Of a stretch of 49,479 nucleotides of DNA, positions 1 to 10,204 are shown one piece after another. This DNA comes from Candidatus Caccovicinus merdipullorum. Its GTDB lineage: Bacteria > Bacillota > Clostridia > Lachnospirales > Lachnospiraceae. Numbering within the stretch: position 1 is the stretch's first letter; the number at the start of each line of letters is the position of its first letter. The translations under genes were made by a program, and so were the position numbers. The notes under the pieces were generated by a model. That model was not told the DNA's origin. It did not search any database and saw nothing but the letters and a program-made list of their open reading frames with translations. The DNA lies in NCBI GenBank assembly GCA_018715905.1, contig DVKS01000164.1, positions 1 through 49,479 of the forward strand. Direction: 5' to 3'.

Positions 1-188
1 TCCATCTTCCATTCTTTATATTTTTTATCGTAATCCTCCGGGTCCGCCAGGGTCACCAGATGCCCCAGTCCCCAGGTTACCACATAATCGGTTCCCTCGA
101 TGGCGCCGTTAATCTTTTTCTGGCACTTTAAAACCCGGGCAATATCCCTTGCCACAGATGGTTTTTCAGCTAAAACTAATGATTTCAT
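1..188 (-). CDS. topB: DNA topoisomerase III, N-terminal part (runs off the window edge)
   Basis: Manual translation from ATG at 188: [53 protein letters not shown]. This has the type IA TOPRIM motifs AEKPS and TWxxGHL; GGAGG RBS upstream. Not in the ORF track. Confidence 0.9.
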   Translation of the reverse strand, partial: MKSLVLAEKPSVARDIARVLKCQKKINGAIEGTDYVVTWGLGHLVTLADPEDYDKKYKEWKM

Positions 189-278
189 CCTTTCCTCCCT
201 GCTTGATTCTGTCTGCAAATTCTGCCGCTATCTTAGCATAAGATGGGAAAAAAAGAAAGGGGACAGTTCTGGCTTTCC

Positions 279-2018
279 CTAGCCGTAAAGCCTTACCAGA
301 AATTCCGTTTCAATCCGGCTTACTCCTGCCTTCAGCTCATAAACCGCTGAGGGGATCCTGGTTTTGGGCCAGAGAAGGTTTGTGTTGGGGGAAGCATGAA
401 TGACAACAGCTTTTCCCTCTCCGCTGATCACCGCGGTCTGATATCCTTCTTCCTTCTGGTCTCCCCAGAGCATCTCCACACGATCTTCCCTTAATCTTTC
501 CTCAATCTGTCCCTGGTCGGGAATGGCTGCCCCGCAGTCATACACCAGGCATGGCGCGTCACAGGAAATCACATGCTCCCTTCGGTGGCCATTGTCTAAT
601 AAAGTCAGTCTGGTTTTTACCTTAACGCCCGGGCAGGGACTCCACTCCATCTGAATCTCCTGGTCCGACACAGACAAGGTTTCGGTAATTCCTTTTACGA
701 ACACCAGCCCGTCTTTCACCACTGCCAGCATATTGTCCGGGGCTGCTTCTTCAATCGAGTACATGGATCTGGGAACACTGAAGGCAAAACGGCTGGAATA
801 CATGAACTTGGAGTATTTTGCTTCTGTGTGCACATGCTGGTGAGGAATGGTCCTTCCGGCAACGTAAGCGTACACCTGGCCGTTAATCCGCTGCACCAGC
901 ATCTTGCCCCTGGAAATCAGGCGCCGGGGGGCAAGGGCGGGCATCAGCGCTTCCTCAAGTCTCCAGAAAGGATCATCCTCCGGCAGGGCCAGAAGGGCAA
1001 ATACCTTCAGGGCCCAGTACGGCGAGCCAGGAGCGTTGTACTGCTCTGACATCAGAAGATTCGGATAACCGTAGCCAATGGTCAAAAGACCGCCGGAGTC
1101 AAAAACCGGAAGCCTCATCCAGAACCGGAGATGACGTCCAATTATGCCTTTCATCACCGCGAAGGGCAGTACCTCAAGGCCGCAGGCCACGCACATGGAA
1201 AAGAAAGAGGCCTGTGCCATCCGGTAAGTCAATGACCGCCCATAGGCCAGAGCTTCCCCCTGGTCCGCAAACCAGTATACAAATTCCTCCGCAAACTGTC
1301 TTGCCCTGTTTTTATACTCCAGGCATCGGTCCGGATCTTCCTTCTCCATAAACCGCACATAGATCAGGCTGTAATAATGAAAAGCAAAAGACACATAATA
1401 ATCCTTCTCCCCGTTCTGCCCGTCCAGATACCAGCCATCTCCCTGATAGCAGGATTCAATATAGTCCAGATATTCCTGAAGTTTTTCCGGATGGTAGTGC
1501 ATCCCCCTCTCCTTCAGGGCCACATTGACAAGAATGGCAAAAAACATCCAGTTGCAGGGGGGAAGGGCATAATGGTTAATGCCGTCCAGCCATGCCGCCA
1601 GATTTTTCTTCTCCTGCTCCCCTAAAGGATCCCAGACAACCTGCGGAGTTATTAACAGCCCCCAGGAAAGAGCTGCCATTTCCACAAACCGCTGGTCCAC
1701 ATCATGAACATCTCCCCAATACTGAGGGCCTTCCGGGTCTGTTCCCGCTGCCAGGCCCTTCTGATAAATCTCTTCAAAAACACCGGTGCGGCTTCCCCCA
1801 GCCCACAGAGGAACCAGCCCCCACAGCGGCCGGAGGAAGGCCTCCGCCCACTGGGCCTCCTTCTCGTAAACCGCGGCGGATGCCCCCAGCTCCAGTCTGG
1901 CCCCGCAGCGGGCAAAATGGGGAATCAGAGGCCTTAACAATTCCAGCAGAAGCTCCTCATAGTCCTGCCTGGAGCGCAGGGACCGGGTTTTTTCTGCTTC
2001 TTCTCCTGTATTGATCAT
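279..2018 (-). CDS. DUF2264 domain-containing protein
   Basis: 579 aa with motifs EAFLRPLWG, DQRFVEMA, NWMFF, GDGWYLDG, YGRSLTYR and YNAPGSPYWA, recognised as DUF2264; adjacent to GH88. Confidence 0.8.
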   Translation of the reverse strand: MINTGEEAEKTRSLRSRQDYEELLLELLRPLIPHFARCGARLELGASAAVYEKEAQWAEAFLRPLWGLVPLWAGGSRTGVFEEIYQKGLAAGTDPEGPQYWGDVHDVDQRFVEMAALSWGLLITPQVVWDPLGEQEKKNLAAWLDGINHYALPPCNWMFFAILVNVALKERGMHYHPEKLQEYLDYIESCYQGDGWYLDGQNGEKDYYVSFAFHYYSLIYVRFMEKEDPDRCLEYKNRARQFAEEFVYWFADQGEALAYGRSLTYRMAQASFFSMCVACGLEVLPFAVMKGIIGRHLRFWMRLPVFDSGGLLTIGYGYPNLLMSEQYNAPGSPYWALKVFALLALPEDDPFWRLEEALMPALAPRRLISRGKMLVQRINGQVYAYVAGRTIPHQHVHTEAKYSKFMYSSRFAFSVPRSMYSIEEAAPDNMLAVVKDGLVFVKGITETLSVSDQEIQMEWSPCPGVKVKTRLTLLDNGHRREHVISCDAPCLVYDCGAAIPDQGQIEERLREDRVEMLWGDQKEEGYQTAVISGEGKAVVIHASPNTNLLWPKTRIPSAVYELKAGVSRIETEFLVRLYG

Positions 2019-2040
2019 ATTTTCATTTTCCTCCTTTTCA

Positions 2041-3171
2041 TTACCAGATCAGAAAATCATTTCCCATCATCCGCATCTGCGCTTCCAGCAGGAAATAATC
2101 TGCATAGATCAGATCCGTCTGCTTATCGCCGCCGTGATAATCTACCTTGCAGCCCTGGATAATGGAATCCTTATCCAAATCCCAGCAGCCGCAATGCCCG
2201 GCAATGGAGCGAACCAAAAGCCCGGCCTGCTCCCGGAAAATCTCTCCTTCTCTCCCCTTCACATGACCGCTCAGTTCCAAAAGGCCGCAGGCGGCGCACA
2301 GTCCGGCAGAAGCATCGGTGTACGGCGGATTCTCCGGCTGCCGGAAATCACAGGGCGGAACATATCCGGTTACGGCGCACTGAGAAATAAAATAATGGGC
2401 AGCCCGTTTTGCCGTATCCAGATATGCCTGGTCTTTGGTATATCGGTAGCTCAGGGCAAAGCCGTAAAGAATCCAGGAAAGTCCCCTCGACCAGCAAGAA
2501 TCCGCCCCATATCCCTGACCGCCTCGGATTTCCAAAAGCTCTCCCGTATCCGGGTCCAGGCAGGCAATATGACCGCTGGAGCCATCCGGCCTGACCAGCG
2601 TTTTCATTACAGTATCGGCGTGAAATTTTGCAATATAATAAAACCGTGGATCATTCAGCTCACTGGAGGCCCAGTAAAGCAGCGGGATATTCATCATGGA
2701 ATCCACGATAATCCAGCCGGTACAGTCTTCCCCTTCTTCCACGCATTCCGGATTCCAGGCCCGGATAAATTTGCCCGCCGGATTGTATCTTCCTGCCAGT
2801 ATACTGGCCGCCAGCAGTCCTTTTGCCCTTGCTTCCTGGTTCCCGGTAAGACGGTAATTGGCTACCGCGCTGTGAAGCCACATGAAACCAGTGTCATGGT
2901 GAAGTCCGGTAAAGCCGTAAAGAGCCTTGTCCAGCCGTCTCTCCACCGCCTCAGCCCGCTTTCTATACTTCTCTTCCCCTGTGGCATGGTACATTTTCCA
3001 GAGAATTCCGCACCAGAAACCATTGGTCCACCAGTAAATATCTTTTTCCCCGTAATCCGTCTGATACCGTCCACCTTCCGTTATGTAGGGAATCTTTTCT
3101 CCCATCCGTTCAAATTCCGCCTCAATTTTCCGGGTTGTTTTTTCATAAAGTTCTTGAATCCAATTTTCCAT
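2041..3171 (-). CDS. Glycoside hydrolase family 88 (unsaturated glucuronyl hydrolase-like)
   Basis: Motifs WWTNGFWCG, HHDTGF, IIVDSMMN, GGQGY...WSRG, DASA and IYADYF. Start moved to ATG 3171 (MENWIQ) behind a GGAGG RBS. Confidence 0.85.
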   Translation of the reverse strand: MENWIQELYEKTTRKIEAEFERMGEKIPYITEGGRYQTDYGEKDIYWWTNGFWCGILWKMYHATGEEKYRKRAEAVERRLDKALYGFTGLHHDTGFMWLHSAVANYRLTGNQEARAKGLLAASILAGRYNPAGKFIRAWNPECVEEGEDCTGWIIVDSMMNIPLLYWASSELNDPRFYYIAKFHADTVMKTLVRPDGSSGHIACLDPDTGELLEIRGGQGYGADSCWSRGLSWILYGFALSYRYTKDQAYLDTAKRAAHYFISQCAVTGYVPPCDFRQPENPPYTDASAGLCAACGLLELSGHVKGREGEIFREQAGLLVRSIAGHCGCWDLDKDSIIQGCKVDYHGGDKQTDLIYADYFLLEAQMRMMGNDFLIW

Positions 3172-3248
3172 GACTTCCTCCTGTTTTCTCCGATATAGCG
3201 GCTGTTTGCCGGGCTTATAACCGAAAAAGACCAACGCTAATGATTGGC

Positions 3249-3306
3249 AAAAAAAGCGCCGCACTCTAAGAGCTGATGTTCAGCACATCGAATGCGGCAC
3301 TTTTTT
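3249..3306 (-). terminator. Probable intrinsic terminator after aspS
   Basis: Minus strand AAAAAAGTGCCGCATTC...GAGTGCGGCGCTTTTTTT: an inverted repeat followed by a T run. Confidence 0.55.
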
Positions 3307-3348
3307 AATGTCGAAATATATGTTTTTGTAATCTCTGAATTTACGGCC

Positions 3349-5100
3349 CTACTGCCGCACCTTAATATGCACCTCTCTCAGCTGCATCTCTGTCACCTCT
3401 CCCGGCGCTCCGCACATGAGATCCTGGGCGTTTCCGTTCATGGGGAAGGGGATGATCTCCCGGATATTCTCCTCGTTCCGCAGGAGCATGATCATCCGGT
3501 CCACTCCCGGCGCCATGCCGGCATGGGGCGGGGCGCCGAACTGGAAGGCATTATAGAGAGCACCGAATTTTACCTTCAATTCCTCTTCCGAATATCCGGC
3601 AATCGCAAAGGCCTTCACCATAATATCCAGATCGTGGTTGCGCACTGCACCGGAAGATAATTCCACACCGTTGCATACAATATCGTACTGGTACGCCAGG
3701 ATATCCAGGGGATCCTTGGTGTTAAGTGCCTCCAGTCCTCCCTGAGGCATGGAGAAGGGATTATGGGTAAACACGATCTTCTTTTCCTCCGGATCGTACT
3801 CGTACATGGGAAAGTCATTGACGAAGCAGAACCGGTATGCATTCTTCTCGCACAGATCCAGGCGTTTTCCCAATTCCGTGCGGATCTGTCCGGCCAGCAA
3901 AGCCGCACGCTCTTCCTTATCGGCGATAAAGAAGATGGTATCTCCCGGCTTCAGTCCGGCGATTTCCGCCATTTCTCCCTTAAACTCTTCCGGGATAAAT
4001 TTATCGATAGGACCCTTATAGCTCATATCCTCCCCTACCTCCAGATACCCCAGTCCGCCCATGCCAATGGAGACGGCAAACTTAAGAAGCTTTTCATGAA
4101 AGCCCTTGGACATCTCCGCATGGACCCGGATGGCCCGGACTGTCCTTTTGTGGAAAGGCTTAAAGGTACATTTCTGAAAGAAATCCGTCACATCCACAAT
4201 CCGCAGGGGATTCCTCAGGTCCGGCTTATCCGTGCCGAATTCCAGCATGGCCTGCTTATAGCTGATCACCGGGTAGGGACCCTCCGTAACCTGACTTCCC
4301 TCCGGCGCAAATTTCTTAAAGGCCGCCGTCAGCACTTCCTCGCCGGCCCGGAACACATCCTCCTGGGTGGCAAAGCTCATCTCAAAATCCAGCTGATAAA
4401 ATTCACCTGGAGACCGGTCGGATCTGGCATCCTCATCCCGGAAGCAGGGAGCGATCTGGAAGTATTTATCAAAGCCCGATACCATCAGGAGCTGCTTATA
4501 CTGCTGAGGCGCCTGGGGCAGGGCGTAGAATTTTCCTTTATGTCTGCGGGAGGGCACGATGTAATCTCTGGCCCCCTCCGGAGAGGACGCACACAGGATC
4601 GGCGTCTGGATCTCCAGAAAGCCCATCTCCGTCATCTTCTGACGCAGAAAACGGATCACCTGGGAGCGGAAAATGATATTGTCTTTTACCTTGCGGTTTC
4701 TTAAGTCCAGATAGCGGTATTTTAACCGCAGATCCTCCCTGTTTTCTTTGGAAGTCATAATCTCAAAAGGCAGTGTCTGGCGCACCCGGCCCAGGATTTC
4801 CACCTGGTGAGCCTCCAGCTCGATGGTTCCGGTGGGAATCTTCGGATTATAGGTGTCGGCATCCCGGTGCTCCATCTTTCCTTCGATGCTGACGCAGTCC
4901 TCCTTTACCAGACCTTTCAGCAGACTGGTGTCCCGCATGACTACCTGCAGCACGCCATACATGTCCCGAAGGTCTACGAAGGATACACCGCCGTGATCCC
5001 GGATATTCTCCACCCATCCGGCCACCTTCAGAGTTTTTCCCACATCTTCTTCTCCTAATTTGTCAATGGTTCGGTCACGGTAAATGTTTGATTTGTTCAT
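3349..5100 (-). CDS. aspS: Aspartate--tRNA ligase, probably non-discriminating (Asp/Asn)
   Basis: OB-fold IRDHGG, then PEGARDY, LPQAPQQYKQLLM, YFQIAPCFRDED and GAPPHAGMAPGVDR. Likely start ATG 5100 after GGAGGAG. Confidence 0.95.
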   Translation of the reverse strand: MNKSNIYRDRTIDKLGEEDVGKTLKVAGWVENIRDHGGVSFVDLRDMYGVLQVVMRDTSLLKGLVKEDCVSIEGKMEHRDADTYNPKIPTGTIELEAHQVEILGRVRQTLPFEIMTSKENREDLRLKYRYLDLRNRKVKDNIIFRSQVIRFLRQKMTEMGFLEIQTPILCASSPEGARDYIVPSRRHKGKFYALPQAPQQYKQLLMVSGFDKYFQIAPCFRDEDARSDRSPGEFYQLDFEMSFATQEDVFRAGEEVLTAAFKKFAPEGSQVTEGPYPVISYKQAMLEFGTDKPDLRNPLRIVDVTDFFQKCTFKPFHKRTVRAIRVHAEMSKGFHEKLLKFAVSIGMGGLGYLEVGEDMSYKGPIDKFIPEEFKGEMAEIAGLKPGDTIFFIADKEERAALLAGQIRTELGKRLDLCEKNAYRFCFVNDFPMYEYDPEEKKIVFTHNPFSMPQGGLEALNTKDPLDILAYQYDIVCNGVELSSGAVRNHDLDIMVKAFAIAGYSEEELKVKFGALYNAFQFGAPPHAGMAPGVDRMIMLLRNEENIREIIPFPMNGNAQDLMCGAPGEVTEMQLREVHIKVRQ

Positions 5101-5177
5101 AAGCTCCTCCTTCAAATGGGATTTCCAGTATGTGCTGTCCGGGACGGGCGGCTGAAGTTTTCGAACAAAATTTTCTG

Positions 5178-5510
5178 TTAAATAAAAAAACCGCCCGTCC
5201 TGAACAAACGCTCAGGACGAACAGTCTATATGTCCGCGGTACCACCTGAATTACTGTCTTGCAGTCTCTCACTGGTTGAAAAACCTTGCTGTATATCGCA
5301 CAGCGCTCGGCTCCCTTACTGCCCGCCTCTTCCCAGTTCCGGCTTCCGCGCTCATCGCGCTGCGCCGTCTTTGCTTTCGCCGGTTCCTTAAGGCAGGGTT
5401 CTGTTCGCAGCTGTTAGAGTGTTATTCACGCAAATTCACTTTGCGAAGTTCTCACTGTCCTTCACTCACTGGGAACGATAAGATGCGCTACTTCTCTCCG
5501 TCATCGCCAT
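5178..5510 (-). promoter_or_regulatory. T-box riboswitch leader of aspS, specifier AAC (Asn)
   Basis: Minus strand: stem I with AGTA, AG and GNUG boxes and GAA-T-AAC-A-CTC (codon at 5423-5421); T-box AATTCAGGTGGTACCGCG (~5252-5235); terminator CGTCCTGAGCG...TTCAGGACGGGCGG followed by a T run (~5219-5180). Confidence 0.9.
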
Positions 5511-5517
5511 TGCACAG

Positions 5518-5547
5518 ATTATAGCGTGAGTGTTTTTCAATTGTCAA
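5518..5547 (-). promoter_or_regulatory. sigmaA promoter for the T-box/aspS unit
   Basis: TTGACA-18 bp-TATAAT directly upstream of the T-box leader. Confidence 0.75.
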
Positions 5548-5642
5548 TGGCAAAATCAAGATTATTTAAAAATTCGAATCCAATCCCTCAAAATCCCTGC
5601 CTTTTTTCGGCGTTCTCTTAACAATCTTAAGTTTCCAGGTCC

Positions 5643-6482
5643 TTATCCCTTCACTGCGCCGGCCGCCACACCCTTTATGATGTGCTTCTGACAGGAGAGA
5701 TAGAAGATAATGACGGGAATTACTGCTAGGATCAGCGCCGCCATAATGGCTCCCATATCCACCCGGCCGTAGCTTCCCTTCATGTACTGAATAGCGATAG
5801 AGATAGTCTTATATTTATTCAGATCCAGCACCAGGTACGGCAGGAGGAAATCGTTCCAGATCCACATAGTCTCAAGGATTCCCACAGAAATATAGGTGGG
5901 CTTCATGATGGGAAGCACCACTGAAAAGAAAGTCTGAATCGGCGTACAGCCGTCGATCAGGGCCGCCTCCTCAATCTCCAGAGGAATGGATTTGACGAAG
6001 CCGCAGAACATAAACACCGCCAGCCCCGCACCGAATCCCAGATAAATGATCATGATTCCCCAGGGGGTATTTAAGCCCGTCCGGTCCGCTACCAGAGAGA
6101 GGGTGAACATAACCATCTGAAATGGCACCACCATGGAAAACACACACAGAAGGTACAGCATCCGGGTAAAACCCGTCTGCACCCGGGTAATGTACCACGC
6201 GCACATGGAGGTACAGAGCAGGATCAGCAGCACCGATCCCACCGTGATAAACACGGTCCAGCCAACCGACTCCAAAAGTCCGTATTTATCAATGGCTGTC
6301 ACGTAATTTTCCAGGCCGTTCCAGGTCTTTTCCGATGGAAGGATAAAAGGCTGCTTATTGATATAAATTTTTTTCTTAAATGAGTTCATGAGCACAATCA
6401 GGATCGGCGTAATGTAAATCAGTCCCAGCACAGTAAATATACAGGTTCCTGCCGTACTCCACATACTTTTCCGCTTCATCAC
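5643..6482 (-). CDS. Carbohydrate ABC transporter permease (MalG-like)
   Basis: Hydrophobic; EAA motif EIEEAALIDG, WNDFLLP and C-terminal GAVKG. Confidence 0.9.
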   Translation of the reverse strand: MMKRKSMWSTAGTCIFTVLGLIYITPILIVLMNSFKKKIYINKQPFILPSEKTWNGLENYVTAIDKYGLLESVGWTVFITVGSVLLILLCTSMCAWYITRVQTGFTRMLYLLCVFSMVVPFQMVMFTLSLVADRTGLNTPWGIMIIYLGFGAGLAVFMFCGFVKSIPLEIEEAALIDGCTPIQTFFSVVLPIMKPTYISVGILETMWIWNDFLLPYLVLDLNKYKTISIAIQYMKGSYGRVDMGAIMAALILAVIPVIIFYLSCQKHIIKGVAAGAVKG

Positions 6483-7321
6483 TGCTGCACCTCCTTGGAT
6501 CGGGTTGCTTTTAACTGGATCATACTGATGGCCACCACAATCACGAAGAAGATAACCGCCTTGGCCTGGCCCACACCTTCCCAGCCGGTACGTCCGTAAA
6601 AGGTATTAAAGATATTTAATGCCATCATCTCCGACATCTTGGAGGGCTCGCCCGCCGTCAGAGACAGGTTCTGATCGAAAAGCTTGAATCCGTTGGTAAG
6701 AGATAAAAACATGCAGATGGTGATGGACGGCATCATCATGGGGATGGTTACCTTAAAAAGCCTCTGGATCCGGGTGGCGCCGTCGATCTGGGCCGCCTCC
6801 GTCACATCCCCCGGTATGGCCTGCAGTCCTGCAATATAGATGATCATCATATAGCCGATCTGCTGCCAGCTCACCAGGATGATCAGGCCCCAGAATCCGT
6901 ACCATTCGTTTAAGGCCAGGGCCGTGCTGTAGTGAGACAGGATTCCGTTAAAAATCAGCTGCCAAATATAGCCCAGCACGATTCCGCCGATCAGGTTGGG
7001 CATAAAAAAGATGGTTCTGAAGATATTGGTTCCCCGCATCTCCTGGGTCAGCGCCGCCGCCAGGGCAAAGGCGATCACATTGATCACCGCCAGCGATACC
7101 GCTGCAAAAAGAGCCGTATACCAGAAAGAATGACGGAACACCGTATCCTGAAACGCCTTTACATAATTGGACAGTCCCACAAAATGCGCATCGGTAACTG
7201 TGGTGAATTCACAGAACGACAGCCCGATTCCCATGACAAAGGGAATGATAAAGCCGAGAATAAACGCGCAGAAGGTAGGAAGCACAAAGATCGGCATATA
7301 ACGTTTCATCGCTTTTTCCAT
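6479..7321 (-). CDS. Carbohydrate ABC transporter permease (MalF-like)
   Basis: FVGLSNY, FRTIFFMP and EAAQIDGA motifs; overlaps the next gene by ATGA. Confidence 0.9.
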   Translation of the reverse strand: MEKAMKRYMPIFVLPTFCAFILGFIIPFVMGIGLSFCEFTTVTDAHFVGLSNYVKAFQDTVFRHSFWYTALFAAVSLAVINVIAFALAAALTQEMRGTNIFRTIFFMPNLIGGIVLGYIWQLIFNGILSHYSTALALNEWYGFWGLIILVSWQQIGYMMIIYIAGLQAIPGDVTEAAQIDGATRIQRLFKVTIPMMMPSITICMFLSLTNGFKLFDQNLSLTAGEPSKMSEMMALNIFNTFYGRTGWEGVGQAKAVIFFVIVVAISMIQLKATRSKEVQQ

Positions 7322-7409
7322 AAAAAGCCCTCCTCTTAAAAAGCGGCGTTCAGACTGTTTTCTGCCCGCCGCTTCCTGCTTATATCCTGTTTGCTGCTTT
7401 TTCGCGGAA

Positions 7410-8765
7410 TTACTTGGATGCCGCTGCTTCTGCGGCCCAGCCGTCCACGAACGCCGTCACTACCTGCTGCCATTTCTCATCGGTCTGATCTGCGGCATAA
7501 GCGGTAAGAGCAGAGCCTACGCCATTTTTCCACTCCTCAGAAGGCATGGTGGAGAATACCCAGGTTACCGGAGTCTTTCCTTCTTCCAGGTACTTATTGG
7601 CCTCATTTACCAGAGTGTTTTCGGATTCCAGATTGGACTTAAAGGGAATGACAAATCCCATATCCTTACACATGGCCTCTACGCCTGCATCAGAAGTCAC
7701 ACACCAGTACATAAAATCCAGGGTAGCCTGAATATCTTCCGGAGCAGCCTTTGCATTTACGCACCAGTAGTTCTCTGTTCCGGTGCAGACGCCCTGATTT
7801 TCCTCGCCGTCAACGCCGATGTAGATAGGAAGGATTCCCAGGTTCTCATCTCCTACATCTGCGATGTTGTTGTACTCCCAGGTACCGTTCTGATAAAATA
7901 CTGCATCTTCCATCACGAAATCTGCCGTAGCGTCATCTGCCGTCTTGGTAGAAATCTCCGTAGGCGCGCATACCGCGTTATTAATGTACAGATCCCAGAT
8001 CTGGCGGTAATTGTCCAGATAGGTTCCCTTGATGGCGTCTGTATTGTCGATGCCTTCATCCTTGTACTCGTAGTAAATGGGGATGTTGGCCAGATGGGTC
8101 TTGAATCTCCAGTCGGAGGAGCCGTCCATGCCTGCCGAGGTAAAGGCGGAGAATCCAAGTTCCTCTTTTCTGCTGGTGATATCTTCCGCTACCTTCTTAA
8201 GGCTCTCAAAATTGGTAATGTCCGCTGCAGTGTATCCGGCTTCCTCTAAAAGGGCCTTATTGTAAATAATTCCGTAGTTTTCCACTACATAGGCAATGCC
8301 TGCCATCTTGTCTCCGTCCATGAGCGCAAAGCTGTCGTTTGTCAGCTCACCGGCAATGTCCGAACCGGTCAGATCGTAACAGTAATCCTTCCAGCTGGCC
8401 AGTCCCACCGGACCGTTTACCTGGAAGAGAGTCGGCGCATCGGTCTTTGCCATCTCGGATTTCAGGGTCTTTTCGTACTCACCGGAAGCTGCCGTAAGAA
8501 CCGTCACCGGAACGCCGGTCTCCTCTGTGTAGGTTTTGGCCAGCTCCTGCCAGTACTCGTCTGCCTCCGGCTTAAAGTTCAGATAATAAACAGAACCTTC
8601 TGCCGTCTCGCCTGCCTCCGCCGCTGCAGAGACCGTCTCTGCGCCTCCATTTCCGGAAGCATTGCCGGAGGATGAATCTCCGGAAGAAGAGCTTCCGCAG
8701 CCTGCTGCCAGCCCTGCCGTCATCGCGCCTGCCAGTAAAACCAGTAATGCTTTTCTTTTTTTCAT
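7410..8765 (-). CDS. Sugar ABC transporter substrate-binding lipoprotein (maltodextrin/raffinose-type)
   Basis: Start moved to ATG 8765 (MKKRK...LAAGC lipobox); Ser/Gly/Ala linker; YYLNFKPE and FQVNGPVG segments typical of family 1 SBPs. Substrate is inferred. Confidence 0.85.
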   Translation of the reverse strand: MKKRKALLVLLAGAMTAGLAAGCGSSSSGDSSSGNASGNGGAETVSAAAEAGETAEGSVYYLNFKPEADEYWQELAKTYTEETGVPVTVLTAASGEYEKTLKSEMAKTDAPTLFQVNGPVGLASWKDYCYDLTGSDIAGELTNDSFALMDGDKMAGIAYVVENYGIIYNKALLEEAGYTAADITNFESLKKVAEDITSRKEELGFSAFTSAGMDGSSDWRFKTHLANIPIYYEYKDEGIDNTDAIKGTYLDNYRQIWDLYINNAVCAPTEISTKTADDATADFVMEDAVFYQNGTWEYNNIADVGDENLGILPIYIGVDGEENQGVCTGTENYWCVNAKAAPEDIQATLDFMYWCVTSDAGVEAMCKDMGFVIPFKSNLESENTLVNEANKYLEEGKTPVTWVFSTMPSEEWKNGVGSALTAYAADQTDEKWQQVVTAFVDGWAAEAAASK

Positions 8766-8890
8766 ATCGTCCCTCGCCTTTCTGAAAACCTTTTTGCTTG
8801 TTTTCTGTGTTCTGGGACTATTATAGCAGGGCGCAGAAAAGACCGATAACAAATACAAAACCTGGACTATCAAAAAAAATACCTTGTTTT

Positions 8891-10204
8891 TTACTGCTCT
8901 TCCAGAAATCTTCTGATGCTTTCATCCTCCATTTCCGTAAACTCCTCCGGGCTGATCTTCCCGGCAATCAGTTCCGGCAGCGCTTCTGCCAGAGTCTCCT
9001 CCTGGAGAATGGAATTCCACTTTACCTGATAGTTGGGCACCAGTTTCGGATTGTTTTTATATGCCTGGATATAATCCCGCTCCGCCGGGATAAGTGCTTC
9101 CCCCTCCCTGGCAAACAGCGCTTCCCGCTTTTCCATATCCAGCCGTGTCCGAAGCTTAAAAAGAGCCGCAGCACCTTCCTTTACCTCATGACTGTAACTG
9201 GACACAATGGCCCATCCAAACGTCTCCGGCGATGAGATCAGCCGGTTTTCCGGGAACGGGGCAAACCGGGTCTTTTCCTGCCACCCCTCCGGGATCTGGT
9301 CCATCATCCAGTAGCCGTTTGGGATCATCGCCGCCTTTCCCGAGAAAAAATTTTCGTAAGATACATCAAAATCCGAGTACAGCGCATCCTCTGTTGTATA
9401 GGAAAACAGCCGTTTCAGGGTCTCTGCAATACGGACACCGGTTTCATTCTGGTACGTCTCCGGATAAAGCTGTTTCATAAATTCCTCGCCCTCTGCCGTG
9501 GACGCCGCCTCCGCCGTGGCTAAAAGCATAGGAGCCCAGGCTGTCCCCTCCGTGTGAAGAGCCAGAGGCGTGACCCCATGGCTTTTCAGCTTCTCACAGC
9601 AGTCCCAGAACTCCTCCCAGGTTTCCGGAAAGCGCCAGATCCCCGCCTGGGCAAACAACTCCTCATTCCAGAATATACCGGAACAGGAAAACGCCGCAGT
9701 GCTGATGGGACCCAGATAGATTTTTCCGTCCTCCTCGCTGCAGGATTCCAGGACGGAAGGCTCGATCATAGCCTTCCACTCTTCATCTCCGTAAATCAGC
9801 GGAGTCAGATCTTCGATCCTCTCATCCTGAATCATCATATCATAAAAGGCCGGAAGCATACGCAGGTCCGTAATTACCGCCGGAAGGGTATCGGTTACAT
9901 TCTGACGTTTCAGATTCTGCCGGTACTCCTCCTCCGTCTCCATGATCCATTCCACATCCGCCTGCCAGGTTCCCTCATAAGTTTCATTAAAGGTATTGAT
10001 CAGCTCTTCCTCATTCCGGATTCCCGTGGAAGAATCCACGATCAGGATTACGGGGATGCTGACTTCCCCGCTGTCTGCCTCTGTATATTCCGGATTCCCG
10101 GCACAGCCTGTAAGCATGGCAGCAGAAAGAAAAAGGAGGGCTGCCATGCTGCCGATCCCTGCGCCATTTCTTCCTTTCCCTGCATTCTGTTTATTCTTCG
10201 TCAT
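8891..10204 (-). CDS. Extracellular solute-binding lipoprotein coupled to the two-component system
   Basis: LTGC lipobox; WNEELFAQAGI..PETWEEF and GKAAMIPNGYW segments; overlaps the end of the kinase gene. Confidence 0.8.
   Translation of the reverse strand: MTKNKQNAGKGRNGAGIGSMAALLFLSAAMLTGCAGNPEYTEADSGEVSIPVILIVDSSTGIRNEEELINTFNETYEGTWQADVEWIMETEEEYRQNLKRQNVTDTLPAVITDLRMLPAFYDMMIQDERIEDLTPLIYGDEEWKAMIEPSVLESCSEEDGKIYLGPISTAAFSCSGIFWNEELFAQAGIWRFPETWEEFWDCCEKLKSHGVTPLALHTEGTAWAPMLLATAEAASTAEGEEFMKQLYPETYQNETGVRIAETLKRLFSYTTEDALYSDFDVSYENFFSGKAAMIPNGYWMMDQIPEGWQEKTRFAPFPENRLISSPETFGWAIVSSYSHEVKEGAAALFKLRTRLDMEKREALFAREGEALIPAERDYIQAYKNNPKLVPNYQVKWNSILQEETLAEALPELIAGKISPEEFTEMEDESIRRFLEEQ

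Noticed and set aside
2011-3198. 395-aa plus-strand ORF, and similar long antisense ORFs at 3763-4704, 22857-23723, 26114-27109 and 34204-35268
   Set aside because: Each lies opposite a well-supported gene and has no recognisable motif; these are shadow ORFs from codon bias.
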